The notes under the pieces are model-generated. The model was given only the letters and a program-made list of their open reading frames with translations, was not told the origin of the DNA and did no database searches. Positions 1 to 10,574 of a stretch of DNA of 64,000 bases are shown here, in pieces; the stretch's first letter is position 1, and every line of letters starts with the position of its first letter. The translations under genes were made by a program, and so were the position numbers. Source of the stretch: Azolla caroliniana (taxonomy: Eukaryota > Plantae > Polypodiophyta); NCBI GenBank assembly GCA_043228905.1, contig JBHGNT010000015.1:19158001-19222000 (forward strand), read 5' to 3'.

Positions 1-370
1 GAGCTACATTAGCATGCAATGAAATTCACAAGGATATTGTACAAAAAGTTGTTGAAATATATTATTTCATTGGTAATACATTAGTAGATATGTAGGCGAA
101 ATGTGGGTCACTTGCCGAGGCACAGGTAGTATTTCATAGGCTTTCAGCCTAGGAACAAGTTTCTTGGAATGCATGATGATATGCTGAGAATGGGAAATTT
201 GAGGAAATACTCAATCAATTTCATCAAACGAAGGATCCATGGCTAGTCATTCTCTTACACAAGATGAGTTTGGGAAGGATAGTCACTTCCTTTCCAACTA
301 TTTGGTATTTTGTCGTTGATATGCCTTTTTTAAAACTAATGGAAGGATATGTTGTTTAGAAAAAAAAAAA
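1..370 (+). pseudogene. Truncated PLS-PPR fragment (internal stops) fused to a LINE-like 3' tail ending in poly(A); cut by the window edge
   Basis: Translates to ...IGNTLVDM*AKCGSLAEAQVVF...VSWNA...YAENGKFEE, which are S/P PPR motifs with stops. Closely similar to 53910-54280. A-run at 360-370. Confidence 0.75.
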
Positions 371-606
371 GAGGAAGAGAGGATACTTGAAAACGATGTA
401 TTATCTATTATCATCGATAAAATAGAAACAATGAAAAATGGTATTGATTGATGTACTGATGTGGCTATTAAGGGCATTCAAAAGCTAAACGTTGAGAAAC
501 CAATTTGTCGATATCGTTTCTAGTTGGGATTTGGGAGGTGGTGAGCTGCGTTGGAGCCATGTGTGAATCAAGATGAAACTCAATAAGGGCCTCAGCCAAG
601 GGGGAA

Positions 607-1112
607 TGTTACGTGCATAACCAAAATTGATCATGAGATTGGTTTTCCATAGTTTCCGTTAATCTGTTGATTAGTATATGTGTATTAATTTTGAAAGGAA
701 CGGGGGTATGAATTTTGAATAAATTTTGAATATTACAATTCATATGGTGTGGGATAACGGTTAAGTGTGTTATCACTTGATCACTTCACATTAAGTATCA
801 AGTGTGTACAGACTAAGGCTTAGGATTTCAGCCTTTATAAGAAGGCTAGTTACCTTATTATCAGGGGAGGCTTGACTTACATTGACGCTATGTCAATATG
901 GCAACGACTCTTGTTAGCTAAGCATGTTCAATCCTTGCAGAACCCAAGGTACAACTCACATCAGCCATCGAAGGTACGAGACATCAAGGAGGTTCGGGTC
1001 AGTCTCATGTTGTCGCGAAGGGGGGGTGGTCGGGGGTTTGACACCCCACTCTCCTTTCTTTGGTCTATAATTCCTTAATGATTTTACGTAACTGATAAGC
1101 GAGACTCTAACA
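607..1112 (+). mobile_element. Putative LTR (3' LTR of a degenerate LTR retrotransposon)
   Basis: TGTTA...TAACA termini, preceded by the purine tract AAGGGGGAA (PPT-like), with an internal TATAA. No partner LTR or clean TSD seen. Confidence 0.35.
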
Positions 1113-1341
1113 ACAGGGGAAGCCATGGGAAGGGCCTCGGATGCAGCAGAAGGAACTAAAGTGGCCTAAGGACAATTTACAAGTCAATAGTAAATAAGTT
1201 CTATCTTTGTAGAGAAAAACTCTATAATGGCTATGGACCCAACAAATGTGTTACTCCAAGAAGAAACTCTTCTCTTGGGGATATGTACATATATAGTAAG
1301 AAACATCAACCTCTCTTGTGACACTCTGTTCCTCTTAGACA

Positions 1342-3627
1342 ATGGAGCTCCATTGCAAGCCCTACAAAGAGACCAATTTCTTGCTGGAGGAGAACCTCAA
1401 GGATCCTTCACAATTTTTGGACTGCAGACACAGTAGTAAGGTAAGCTACATTCATCCCCCCTTCACCATCTATAATTCTTGTTCTGAAGTTCTGCTCATT
1501 TCAAACAAGTCTCTGTTTTCCTTACACATATCACAGAGAAACCCTCAACCCCCGGATTTCAGACATAAACAAACAGGGAAATTTCTACGGATCCACGCAA
1601 GGTATAATCCTCCTTACATCAAAAAACTAGAACTTGCCTGTAGAAAAGATGCAACTTTTGTAAATAACCGTGATGGTATTGATATGCCAAACGGGCAAAT
1701 TTGGAATCAAACCGAGGTTTTGAATATGTTAAAATTGTGCCAGAAAAAGAAGGACATATGTAAGACAAAAAAGATACATGCCTATGTGCTTGAGAGAAGC
1801 TCGATCTATGCAAAGGATGCTTATATTGCCTCCGCCTTGATTACTACATATGCCAAATGTGGTGCTATGGAGAAAGCAGGAGAAGTATTCGAGCAACTTC
1901 CAGTGAGAAATATTGTTACTTGGAATGCCCTTATCACTGGATATGCCCAAAACGGCCTCGGTAATGAAGCATTGCAATGTTTCCAGAACATGAAAGATTC
2001 TGGGATCTTTCCAAATGTGGTAACTTTTGTGTGCATTTTGAAAGCTTGTGGCATTGTCAGGTCTTTAGAGACCGGGCAAGATATAGATGCTGAGATTAGA
2101 AAGCAAGGATTAGTAGAGAAAAATGTTGTGATTGGGAATGCGTTGATGAACATGTACTTCAGCTGTGGTGCAATAGAGAAAGCACGAGAAGTATTTGAGC
2201 ATCTTCATGTGAGAGATGTAGTTTCTTGGAGCACCTTGATTGCTGGATATACCAATCATGGATTCGGTGATGATGCGTTGAAATGTTTCAAACAAATGAA
2301 AGATGCAGGGGTGTGTCCTGATGCTAAGGCCTATGCATCCATACTAAAAGCTTGTGCCATCTCAGGGTCACTCGTCATCGGAGAAGATATTGATGCTGAA
2401 GTTAGAGAGAGAGGATTATTTCATAAAGATGTCGTGCTCGTCACTGCACTGATGAACATGTATTCTAAATGCGGTGCATTAGACAAAGCACGAGAAGTAT
2501 TCAAACATATTCCGGTGCAGAATGTGGTTTCGTGGAATGCCCTCATCACTGGATATGTCAAGCACGGGCTCGGGGAAGAAGCTTTGAAGTGCTTCCAACA
2601 AATGCAAGATGTGGGAATTCATCCTAATGAGGTAACGTACATATGCATTTTGAAAGCCTGTGGCATTGCAGGTTCTTTACAAATAGGTGAAGGTATATGT
2701 GCGAAGGTTAGAAACCAAGGGCTACTGCAAAAAGCTACCATGCTTGGCACTGCTTTGATAGATATGTACTCCAAGTGCGGTGCCATTGAGAAGGCACGAG
2801 AAGTATTTGAGGAGCTTCCCATGCGAAATGTGGTGACTTGGAGTGCTCTGATTGCTGGGTATGCCCAATGTGGGTCTGGTGATGAAGCCTTGAAATGCTT
2901 CGAACAAATGCGAGATGCTGGAGTCCACCCGAATTCCATAACTTATATCAGTGTTCTAAAAGCTTGTGGTATAGTGGGGTTCGTAACAATTGGACAAGAT
3001 ATACATGCGGCAATCACAAGAAAAGGAGGGTTATTTCATAAAGATAATATCCTTCTTGGCACTGCATTGGTAGACATGTATTCCAAGTGTGGTGCATTCG
3101 AGAAAGCACGAGAAGTGTTCAAGGAGCTTCCAGTGAGAGATATTGTGCCATGGAGTGCCCTCCTCACAGGGTATTCACAACTAGGTAAAGAAAATGTTGT
3201 ATTCAACTTATACAATAGGATGAAATCTGAAGGCATTGTGCCGGATTTAGTCATATTTGTTGCTTTATTGACAACATGTAGTCATGCAGGTTTAGTTAAA
3301 GAGGGAGAGAAGTTGTTTGATGAAATGTGTGGGGCTTTTAATCTTGTTCCGACACATGAACACTACACATGTATGGTTGACCTATGTTGTCGGGCAGGAC
3401 ACTTTGATAAAGTAAGAAACTTAATAGAGAAAGTCCCTCCTCCTGACCGTCTTCCTCTATTTACGACCATATTGGGTGCTTGTAGAAAATGGAGGAATGT
3501 AAACTTGGGAAGATGGGCATTTGAGCAATCTATACAATTGGGCGAAAACTGTTCAGCCATTTATGTTTGCATGGAACATATATATGCTGGAGCTGCAATG
3601 CAAATAGAAGTAGATGGAGAAGAATAA
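1342..3627 (+). CDS. PLS-class pentatricopeptide repeat protein with E domain and no DYW; probable organellar RNA-editing specificity factor
   Basis: 761-aa ORF with repeated P (VVSWNALITGY...G), L (TYICILKACG) and S (ALIDMYSKCGAIEKAREVF) motifs in ~102-aa triplets. These are followed by P2-L2-S2 (CSHAGLVKEG, HYTCMVDL) and E1/E2-like motifs (ILGACRKW, YVCMEHIYA). The start codon and a possible 96-nt intron (1441-1536) are uncertain. Confidence 0.93.
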   Translation: MELHCKPYKETNFLLEENLKDPSQFLDCRHSSKVSYIHPPFTIYNSCSEVLLISNKSLFSLHISQRNPQPPDFRHKQTGKFLRIHARYNPPYIKKLELACRKDATFVNNRDGIDMPNGQIWNQTEVLNMLKLCQKKKDICKTKKIHAYVLERSSIYAKDAYIASALITTYAKCGAMEKAGEVFEQLPVRNIVTWNALITGYAQNGLGNEALQCFQNMKDSGIFPNVVTFVCILKACGIVRSLETGQDIDAEIRKQGLVEKNVVIGNALMNMYFSCGAIEKAREVFEHLHVRDVVSWSTLIAGYTNHGFGDDALKCFKQMKDAGVCPDAKAYASILKACAISGSLVIGEDIDAEVRERGLFHKDVVLVTALMNMYSKCGALDKAREVFKHIPVQNVVSWNALITGYVKHGLGEEALKCFQQMQDVGIHPNEVTYICILKACGIAGSLQIGEGICAKVRNQGLLQKATMLGTALIDMYSKCGAIEKAREVFEELPMRNVVTWSALIAGYAQCGSGDEALKCFEQMRDAGVHPNSITYISVLKACGIVGFVTIGQDIHAAITRKGGLFHKDNILLGTALVDMYSKCGAFEKAREVFKELPVRDIVPWSALLTGYSQLGKENVVFNLYNRMKSEGIVPDLVIFVALLTTCSHAGLVKEGEKLFDEMCGAFNLVPTHEHYTCMVDLCCRAGHFDKVRNLIEKVPPPDRLPLFTTILGACRKWRNVNLGRWAFEQSIQLGENCSAIYVCMEHIYAGAAMQIEVDGEE

Positions 3628-5014
3628 AGCAATGAAGACATTACATGGTGATGTATATGCACGTCACATCTATTATGTACATATTCCTGTGTGAAAATCT
3701 CAAAGAGATACATTCGAAACTATTCTATTGCACCAAGAGACTTCATCTAATTTACATTGGATATTGTATTTTGTTGTGGATTATAAAACAGAGAATGCAT
3801 CGTATGGTGGCTATAGTACTATGTATACAAGTGGTTTTCATGAGGATCAAGCTTCATTAGAGACTATCACAAAGTGGATATTTGTCAGCATGGTAGCACA
3901 CATCTTAGTCGCTGTGATATAAATCACAATAAACTATTGTAAAGGGAATATTCCTCTTGTTTGTATAAGATACTACACGGAACTCCATATCTTTGAATGG
4001 AGGATGTGGATTGGTCATACTGAGAAGCCAACTGTTGTGTTCTCCCCCAAGAATTCCTGCGATCATCCTCACAGTTTTTGAGGATCGAAATTGTATTTGA
4101 ATGATTACTATTGTATTGATGATGTTGTACCCTATGCCTCTACTCCCTTACTATTCACTTGTGAAAAGTTCGCCAAAATTTTCTCAATCAAAGAATGAAA
4201 GTGAGATTAAAGCAAAGAGAAGAGTGAAGGCATGATGAGATCTTGGCAAGTAAAGATTTATATATGTCAATTGAATTATTCCAAAACCTCCAAACAAATA
4301 GGGAAGTGGTCTGAAGACATATTGCTGTCACTGTTATATATATTGCCTATAGGTGCTAACATTGATGTGGGACCCTTGACTCTCGTTAAAAAGAGTCAAA
4401 CTCTTGCAAATTCTTGTACTACAGGTGTTAACATTGATATGTGGAACCCTTAACCCTCGCACAAATACTTGTACTACAAATTCTTTAACTTACAAAATCT
4501 CAAGACGCTTTCCTTCAACATGCAAAGATCACATGCATAATTTTTCCAATATCACAAAATCTCAAGACGCTTTCCTTCAACATGAATAATTTTTCCAATA
4601 TCACGATATCTCACGATGCATCCCTGATGCACAATCTTTTCAATATCTCTCTAAAGCCCTTTGAGATATATTTAGGAAGATCATCATTTACAAAAATGTA
4701 ATACTCCCCGATAAATTGCAGCCCAAAGCAATGAGCAGACTGCAATGTCCCACTTTGCCACATCTAATAAGATATTAAGAAATGAGTAACTATAACATGG
4801 GGTTGAATATAACCAAAATGCTAATAATATGTTTAAAACTTGAAAAAGATGAAACATGTAATCGATTGATCGACATAAAATAATGAATCAAATATTTTTT
4901 GATTGAAAATCTATCTCAATGCACAATAGAGGAACTTTTATATCATCCAGAATTATTACAGTTCTGAAACCATGTGAGCTTATTGAACCGAAGTCATTAC
5001 CACCAGCCACATTA

Positions 5015-7503
5015 TTACAGGGGACCTGCAAAGGTTCCATTTTCTCTCTGCTCATTCCATCGTTCAACCTAGCATAAGAGATCAATGCAAATGATATATC
5101 AAGTGCAACAAGTCAAATTATATATAAAACATATAATGACAAAAATGGAAGTTAATATACCCATTCCGAGGGACACAGAGAGCGGTAGTAACTTTTATAT
5201 TTATCACAGTCAGATGCTGATTCCTCTCCCTTTGCCTGGATACATCTGCACAATGTTTTTTCAGCTCACAGGCAAACAAATCAAGAATATTGAATTAAAG
5301 AAATCATAATACAGGCTATGAAACAAAAATAGAAGAGAAATGAGCAAGTTGAATTAGAAGGGGAAAAACAAAAAATATTCCTTATATTCCAAAAATTAAC
5401 ACAGAAGTTACTTCTCTGTAATTTTAAATTTTGTGCTTTATATGGGTATTCTGGTAAACATCCAGCAAATTAAGGCATTTTGGTATTTTTTCTATAAAAC
5501 CAAAAACTTGAAAAGCAACAAATGCAGGATACACTCATGTTTTTCTTAGTGAAGACAAGGAAACCATTATGCAACTGTGTGTAATGCTCACTTGTGAAAT
5601 TCAATATAACGAGTAAAGCAATGCTTGGCTTGATTAGTTGTAGGGAACCGGAAATCCATGGGGGCTGTCTTTATGTCATCAACCTGGCAATCACAATTCC
5701 CACACAAAGTTTGGATTAATGCAGAAAAATTATATATAGAATGAACTCCGAAACTGTGTCAGCAAGAAATGGCTGTGCCAAAAACAATAATATTACAGAA
5801 ATTTGAAAGAACATTTCAGGTTGATCCTTCATTTTTTCGGTATTCAAATATGTCAAGTTTTGAAATAAAGGGGATAAAGAGATCCAATTTATATTAAAGA
5901 AACAGTTATATAACTATACATAATATTCATATTTACATTGTAAGTTTCATATTGAATTTTTAGATAGAAAATAGTAAGAGAAATATTTCTGTTGAAGCCT
6001 TCTCTTTGCATCATTTAACCGTAGAAAGCTTTGGACAATGGAATCTCTCAGAATGACAAAAGCTCGGTGAGGAATCAATTCAGATATGTTCTGGATGTTG
6101 GAATCTCTCGGATGATAATGCTCGACGAGCTCTCTATTCAGATATGTACACAGATATTCTTGGGGTGTTGGAATCTCTCACAATAGCAAATGCTCGACTA
6201 GATCTCTATTCAGATATTCTTGGGCTGTTGGAATGACAAATGCTTGACAAGGTCTCTCTATATATGAATGGCCACTTTGAAAGGAAGTCACTGTTATCTT
6301 CTGATAGTCTGAAATATGAGCTTTCTACTTTTTCAAATTTGGATTAAGATTTAGAAATCAATTAATAGATATGTACATACTCTTAAAACATATTACTGGT
6401 ATATGTATTCCTATCTCTCCAACCAGAAAACCAGTTTTGGCAGAATGGAATGAAATGTCCATGATACCTATTCACCAAAACACAGCTGATTTTTTCTTTA
6501 TTTCACAAGGGACCTCCTATTTTTTCATTCCATAAATTCCTTGATAACCCCCACAAGATCAATTGTATGTGCTACTTGAGCAAATAATGTGGCCTAGTTA
6601 CACTCTTTTAATTATATTCTACACAAAAATAACAGAAACTCATGCATTTTTTTCGATGATGCAGTAAACAGGCATAACTTTAACCGTGACAACATTAACA
6701 TGATCCGTTATGTACCAGGCTTCCATTCCGCAAAAAGTAACATATATGATCACATTAGGGTACACATATAAAAATATCTTTATGTTAGTCATGCCATTCT
6801 GCAGAAACTATAAACTAATGCAAAAGGTAATATAATCACATTACTGCATGCATACAAAACAAACTTCAACATAAAAACAACAGAAATTCGAGAAGTTCTA
6901 TTGACAATAGTAAATTTTCATAGCTTTAACATAAACCATAATTGCATGAGATGATAAGAGCCTAGGACTGAAAATTTCACCTTTGACACTTCAATCTAGT
7001 AAGTATCATTCTTAAAAAAAGCGAACTAAATGCAAGGATTAAGCTATTATAATCACATTACTGTACATGTCCATTCCTGTATGATAAGAATGCAGTACTG
7101 TGCCAAACATTATGTATGCATTCAAGTTATGTTCACTATAAAAACAAAACCAGTTTAAGTTGTAAAGGTCTGTGGTTTTGACGCGACAATTCTAATGATA
7201 AGAACGCATATTGAAAAACCTTTCCTTTATGCTTTCGTCATCCAACAAGATAAGGATGTGCACATCATAGTCCGTAAAGAAACAATAGAAACTCGTATTC
7301 ACTTTGATCAATGATAGTAAAGAACAATAGCTTTAAACATGACCATGTTCACGGAGAGACAAAGACCTAGATCTCAAGGTTTCACGAAATCATCAAAACA
7401 TGTCCATAGTTTCTGCCAAAAAGCAGTTGTTTCTCGTTATTTGAGAAAAGAACAAACTAGTAAAATAAAGGTCACTTACCGTAAGACTGCGTGTCTCTGC
7501 CAT
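5015..7503 (-). CDS. COX6B: Cytochrome c oxidase subunit 6b (84 aa)
   Basis: Exons 7480-7503, 5592-5683, 5161-5245 and 5015-5068, all GT-AG. They splice to MAETRSLTVDDIKTAPMDFRFPTTNQAKHCFTRYIEFHKCIQAKGEESASDCDKYKSYYRSLCPSEWVERWNEQRENGTFAGPL*, with the plant COX6b signature and CX9C/CX10C-type cysteines. A 5'UTR exon probably ends at 7871. Missed by the ORF track. Confidence 0.95.
6040..6260. repeat. Degenerate ~60-70 bp tandem repeat in the COX6B intron
   Basis: The unit GTTGGAATCTCTC...TGCTCGAC...TCTATTCAGATAT recurs about 4 times. Confidence 0.7.
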
Positions 7504-7954
7504 TTAGCTAAGCGAAGAAGAAGAATCTACCTGGAAAAGAATAGAAACAAGAATCAAAATAGGAAAGGAGAACAGGAATCAGAAAAAGAAGGAGCACCAA
7601 ATAGGAAAGAAAGAGACAAAGAAGAAGATGGAGAAGGGAGAGAATGTGGAGGAAGGGAGAAGGAAGAAGAAAGAAGAAGAAGATTCAACAAAGGAATAGC
7701 ACAGACACGATTCTGAAGACGAGCCCTAAGAAAAACCTAAATACAAACAAACAAACAAACAAAAAGCAGGATATAGAGAAGGAACCACAGATCGCAGGGG
7801 GGAGCAAGAGAACCGAAGATTAGATGGAAGGATGGGAAGGTATGAGAAAGGAAGGAAGGGAGAAACTTACTTGCACGGGGGCGTGTCGACTGTCTGCGTC
7901 TGTCGTGAAACGAGCAGGAAACGGCAGAGATGGAAGAAGAAGAAGAAGACGGCA

Positions 7955-7958
<4 letters not shown>

Positions 7959-8006
<48 letters not shown>
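7959..8006. repeat. (CT/GA)n microsatellite at the COX6B 5' end
   Basis: About 24 CT units directly upstream of the 5'UTR exon. Confidence 0.9.
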
Positions 8007-8011
<5 letters not shown>

Positions 8012-8070
8012 CTGCGCAGAAATTCCACACAGACACAGACAATAATAATAGATCAAACAAAATTAAAACT

Positions 8071-8340
8071 CATAGTATGAACCATACGTAGCATACGTTC
8101 CTTCGCATTCGCGAATGTTTCAATCATTCTTTATATGGTAAATACCCTCGAAGTATGGTAAATACCGTACTTTTGTATTCATTATTTATTATAAGGTAAT
8201 ATTTTTTTTTTAAAGGTAAGAAAATTAAGGCAAAAAGTGTACAAAATAATAAGAAGAAGAATGTTTTGATAACATACGCATTCGTTTGCCTTCGTATAAC
8301 AAAATGTTTCCCAATGCATTCGAGTATATTACGTACTATG
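8071..8340. mobile_element. MITE-like dispersed repeat, copy 1
   Basis: Inverted termini CATAGTA...TACTATG. Homologous over its whole length to 27329-27559. Confidence 0.65.
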
Positions 8341-8486
8341 AAACAAATGATGTTAATTCATAAATAAATAAGGGAAAAAAATCAAAAGAAAAAAAAAAAA
8401 ACACAGACAATATTATCGTTTGGGAAAACAGACAAATCAAACGAAACACAAACGATTAAACTAAGAGCGCAATCTCTCCTTTCCGG

Positions 8487-8946
8487 TAACAATCGGCAAC
8501 GGTTCCGTTTGAACCGAACCGAACCGCGAAACCGTGGCTTAACGGTTTTAAACAGTTCGGTTCAAGTTTAGGTTTTTTCTTTTTTTTTACAACGGTTCGG
8601 TTCAGTTTTAACAGTTAGAAACCGCGGTTTTAATGGTTTTTTATTTTTTAGTTTTTTTAAATTTTTAAAAAATAATAAAAATTGTTTTTAAACAATCTTT
8701 TCATTTTCATGCCTTATTCTCACATTTTAGGAAAATCTTTAAAATTATATTTTAAATTTTGACCTAAGTTGAAAACCGAAACCAAACCACAAAACCGCGG
8801 TTTTACCAGTTTAATGGCTTAACGGTTTGAAATAATAATAATGGTTCGCGTTAACGGTTTCTGGTTCGGTTCAAGTTTCAAATATTTTTAACGGTTCGGT
8901 TTTGACCCTCTCAAACCGAACCGAACCGAATTGTTGCCAATTATTA
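8487..8946. mobile_element. hAT-type MITE
   Basis: TIRs TAACAATCGGCAAC / GTTGCCAATTATTA with subterminal AACCG/CGGTT repeats. The 8-bp flanks CTTTCCGG / TTTTCTAG differ only by C>T and G>A transitions (a decayed TSD). Confidence 0.7.
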
Positions 8947-10574
8947 TTTTCTAGGCCAACAAAATAACCAAGAAAACATAATAACCGAGATGACACAAGT
9001 AACTCTTTTTGCAAAGTACGATGCTCTCTCTTGGTTTTGGCCTTAGAAGACGTTAATATTTCTTTCTTTCTTTTTTCTTTCTTTCTCTCTCTCTCTCTCA
9101 TTCTTACACACACATATTGTGTAGATTTCCTATCGAATAAAAGGCAATGCATTATTACATTGTGTTTTGTAGGTAATCTCTTGTTAATTGACCTCCACCA
9201 AATTCACATGCATCTTGACTCCAAACAATTGCTAGGTATCACGATCTTAAATTTGACATGCTCTTCAACATAATAAGTGAAATATAGGTGTGTCTTTTAT
9301 GCATAATTTAGTACAAAGTTATGAAAAAAACCACACATTATTGGAACGTAACAAAAAAATGTAAATGCTTCTATCAAATTTGCTCCGTTTCAAGTGTTCT
9401 TGAGTGACCAAATACACATTTTTCCAAACTTTGGAGTTGCTCAAAAGAATACATGTTTCCCCTTGAAGTCATTTTGCTTGTTGGTTGGCCTCTACACCCA
9501 TTTCTAGAATCAATCATTTGACCACCCTTTATTTGTGAGGTTTAGAAGTCTACCTATCGCTATTTTGCTCAAATGTGCAACAACTCAACAATTTCTTAAT
9601 CATTGCAACTACTCACAATTCTTTATTACAGGAACTTGGTGTTCAATAATGTACACAATAAGCTTGGATTACATTCTTATTCATTGCAACTACTGACAAT
9701 TCTTTATTACAAGAACTTGGTGTTCAATATTGTACACAAGAAGTTTGGATTATATTAGTGTGACCTTACGCATGACAAGATTGGATTACATCATATATTT
9801 GGAGCTCAAACTAGGAAGCTTGTCATGAGCCTCACAAGGAGTTAAGAAAACAGTTTAGAATCTTTTGAAAGTCGAAGAATGTTGGACACTTGAATATTCC
9901 ACAAACTAGACTTAATATCACCATTTAAAAAACTTAGAAAGTATAGAGATTTCAATGTACCATTTTGAAGCTCAAATGTTATTGATTAGAGAGAAAGAAA
10001 AGGAATCAATTGACTTCTATTGCCTAATAAGTTACAAGTTCTTTTGCCATATCCATAACCATTATGGTGTGTACATCATAAAAGTAGAAATATTCAGAAT
10101 TTTGAAATCAGATAAAAATTTAGTACCCATTCTCAAACAAAAATGAATTCTTCCATTTCTCATCCCTAGTTGGACAGTGACAATAGCATCTAATTGAGAG
10201 TTACTCGATAAAAGGTCATGTACAACTACTTCAAGCTTTCCATCTTGACTTGAATATTGTATGGAATGTGAAGAAGAATGTGAAGCACTTATGCAGCAAC
10301 CAATGTTACGGCACAAATGCAGCATCTAACAAGGTTTTCTGGTTCCTCAAAAATATGTTTCTATTTCCACTCTCCCTTTGGCATGAGCTGAAGACCCATG
10401 TGTTAACCTCAAAAGTCAATCACAAAATTACTCGATTATAATAATATAATAGCATCGAGTCTATATGCATTAAGAAGAAACCTTTGGAAGTTAAAACCAC
10501 ATCACCCCCTTCTATCATCTCTCTCCAGCTGCTGGCCAACAACAATAAAACAAAACCATCAACCATTTCTATAT

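Noticed and set aside
1619-3560. Antisense ORFs over the PPR gene
   Set aside because: They are shadow frames of the repetitive PPR coding strand.
4888-5085. 65-aa minus-strand ORF as a separate gene
   Set aside because: It overlaps the last COX6B exon in a different frame plus the 3'UTR.
6040-6260. Intronic C/D snoRNA cluster or CRISPR-like array
   Set aside because: CTGA words occur on the sense strand but no paired box C was seen. The units are degenerate along their whole length with no unique spacers, and the context is eukaryotic.
7339-8080. Several 70-125 aa ORFs
   Set aside because: They are low-complexity readings of the COX6B leader intron, 5'UTR and CT repeat.
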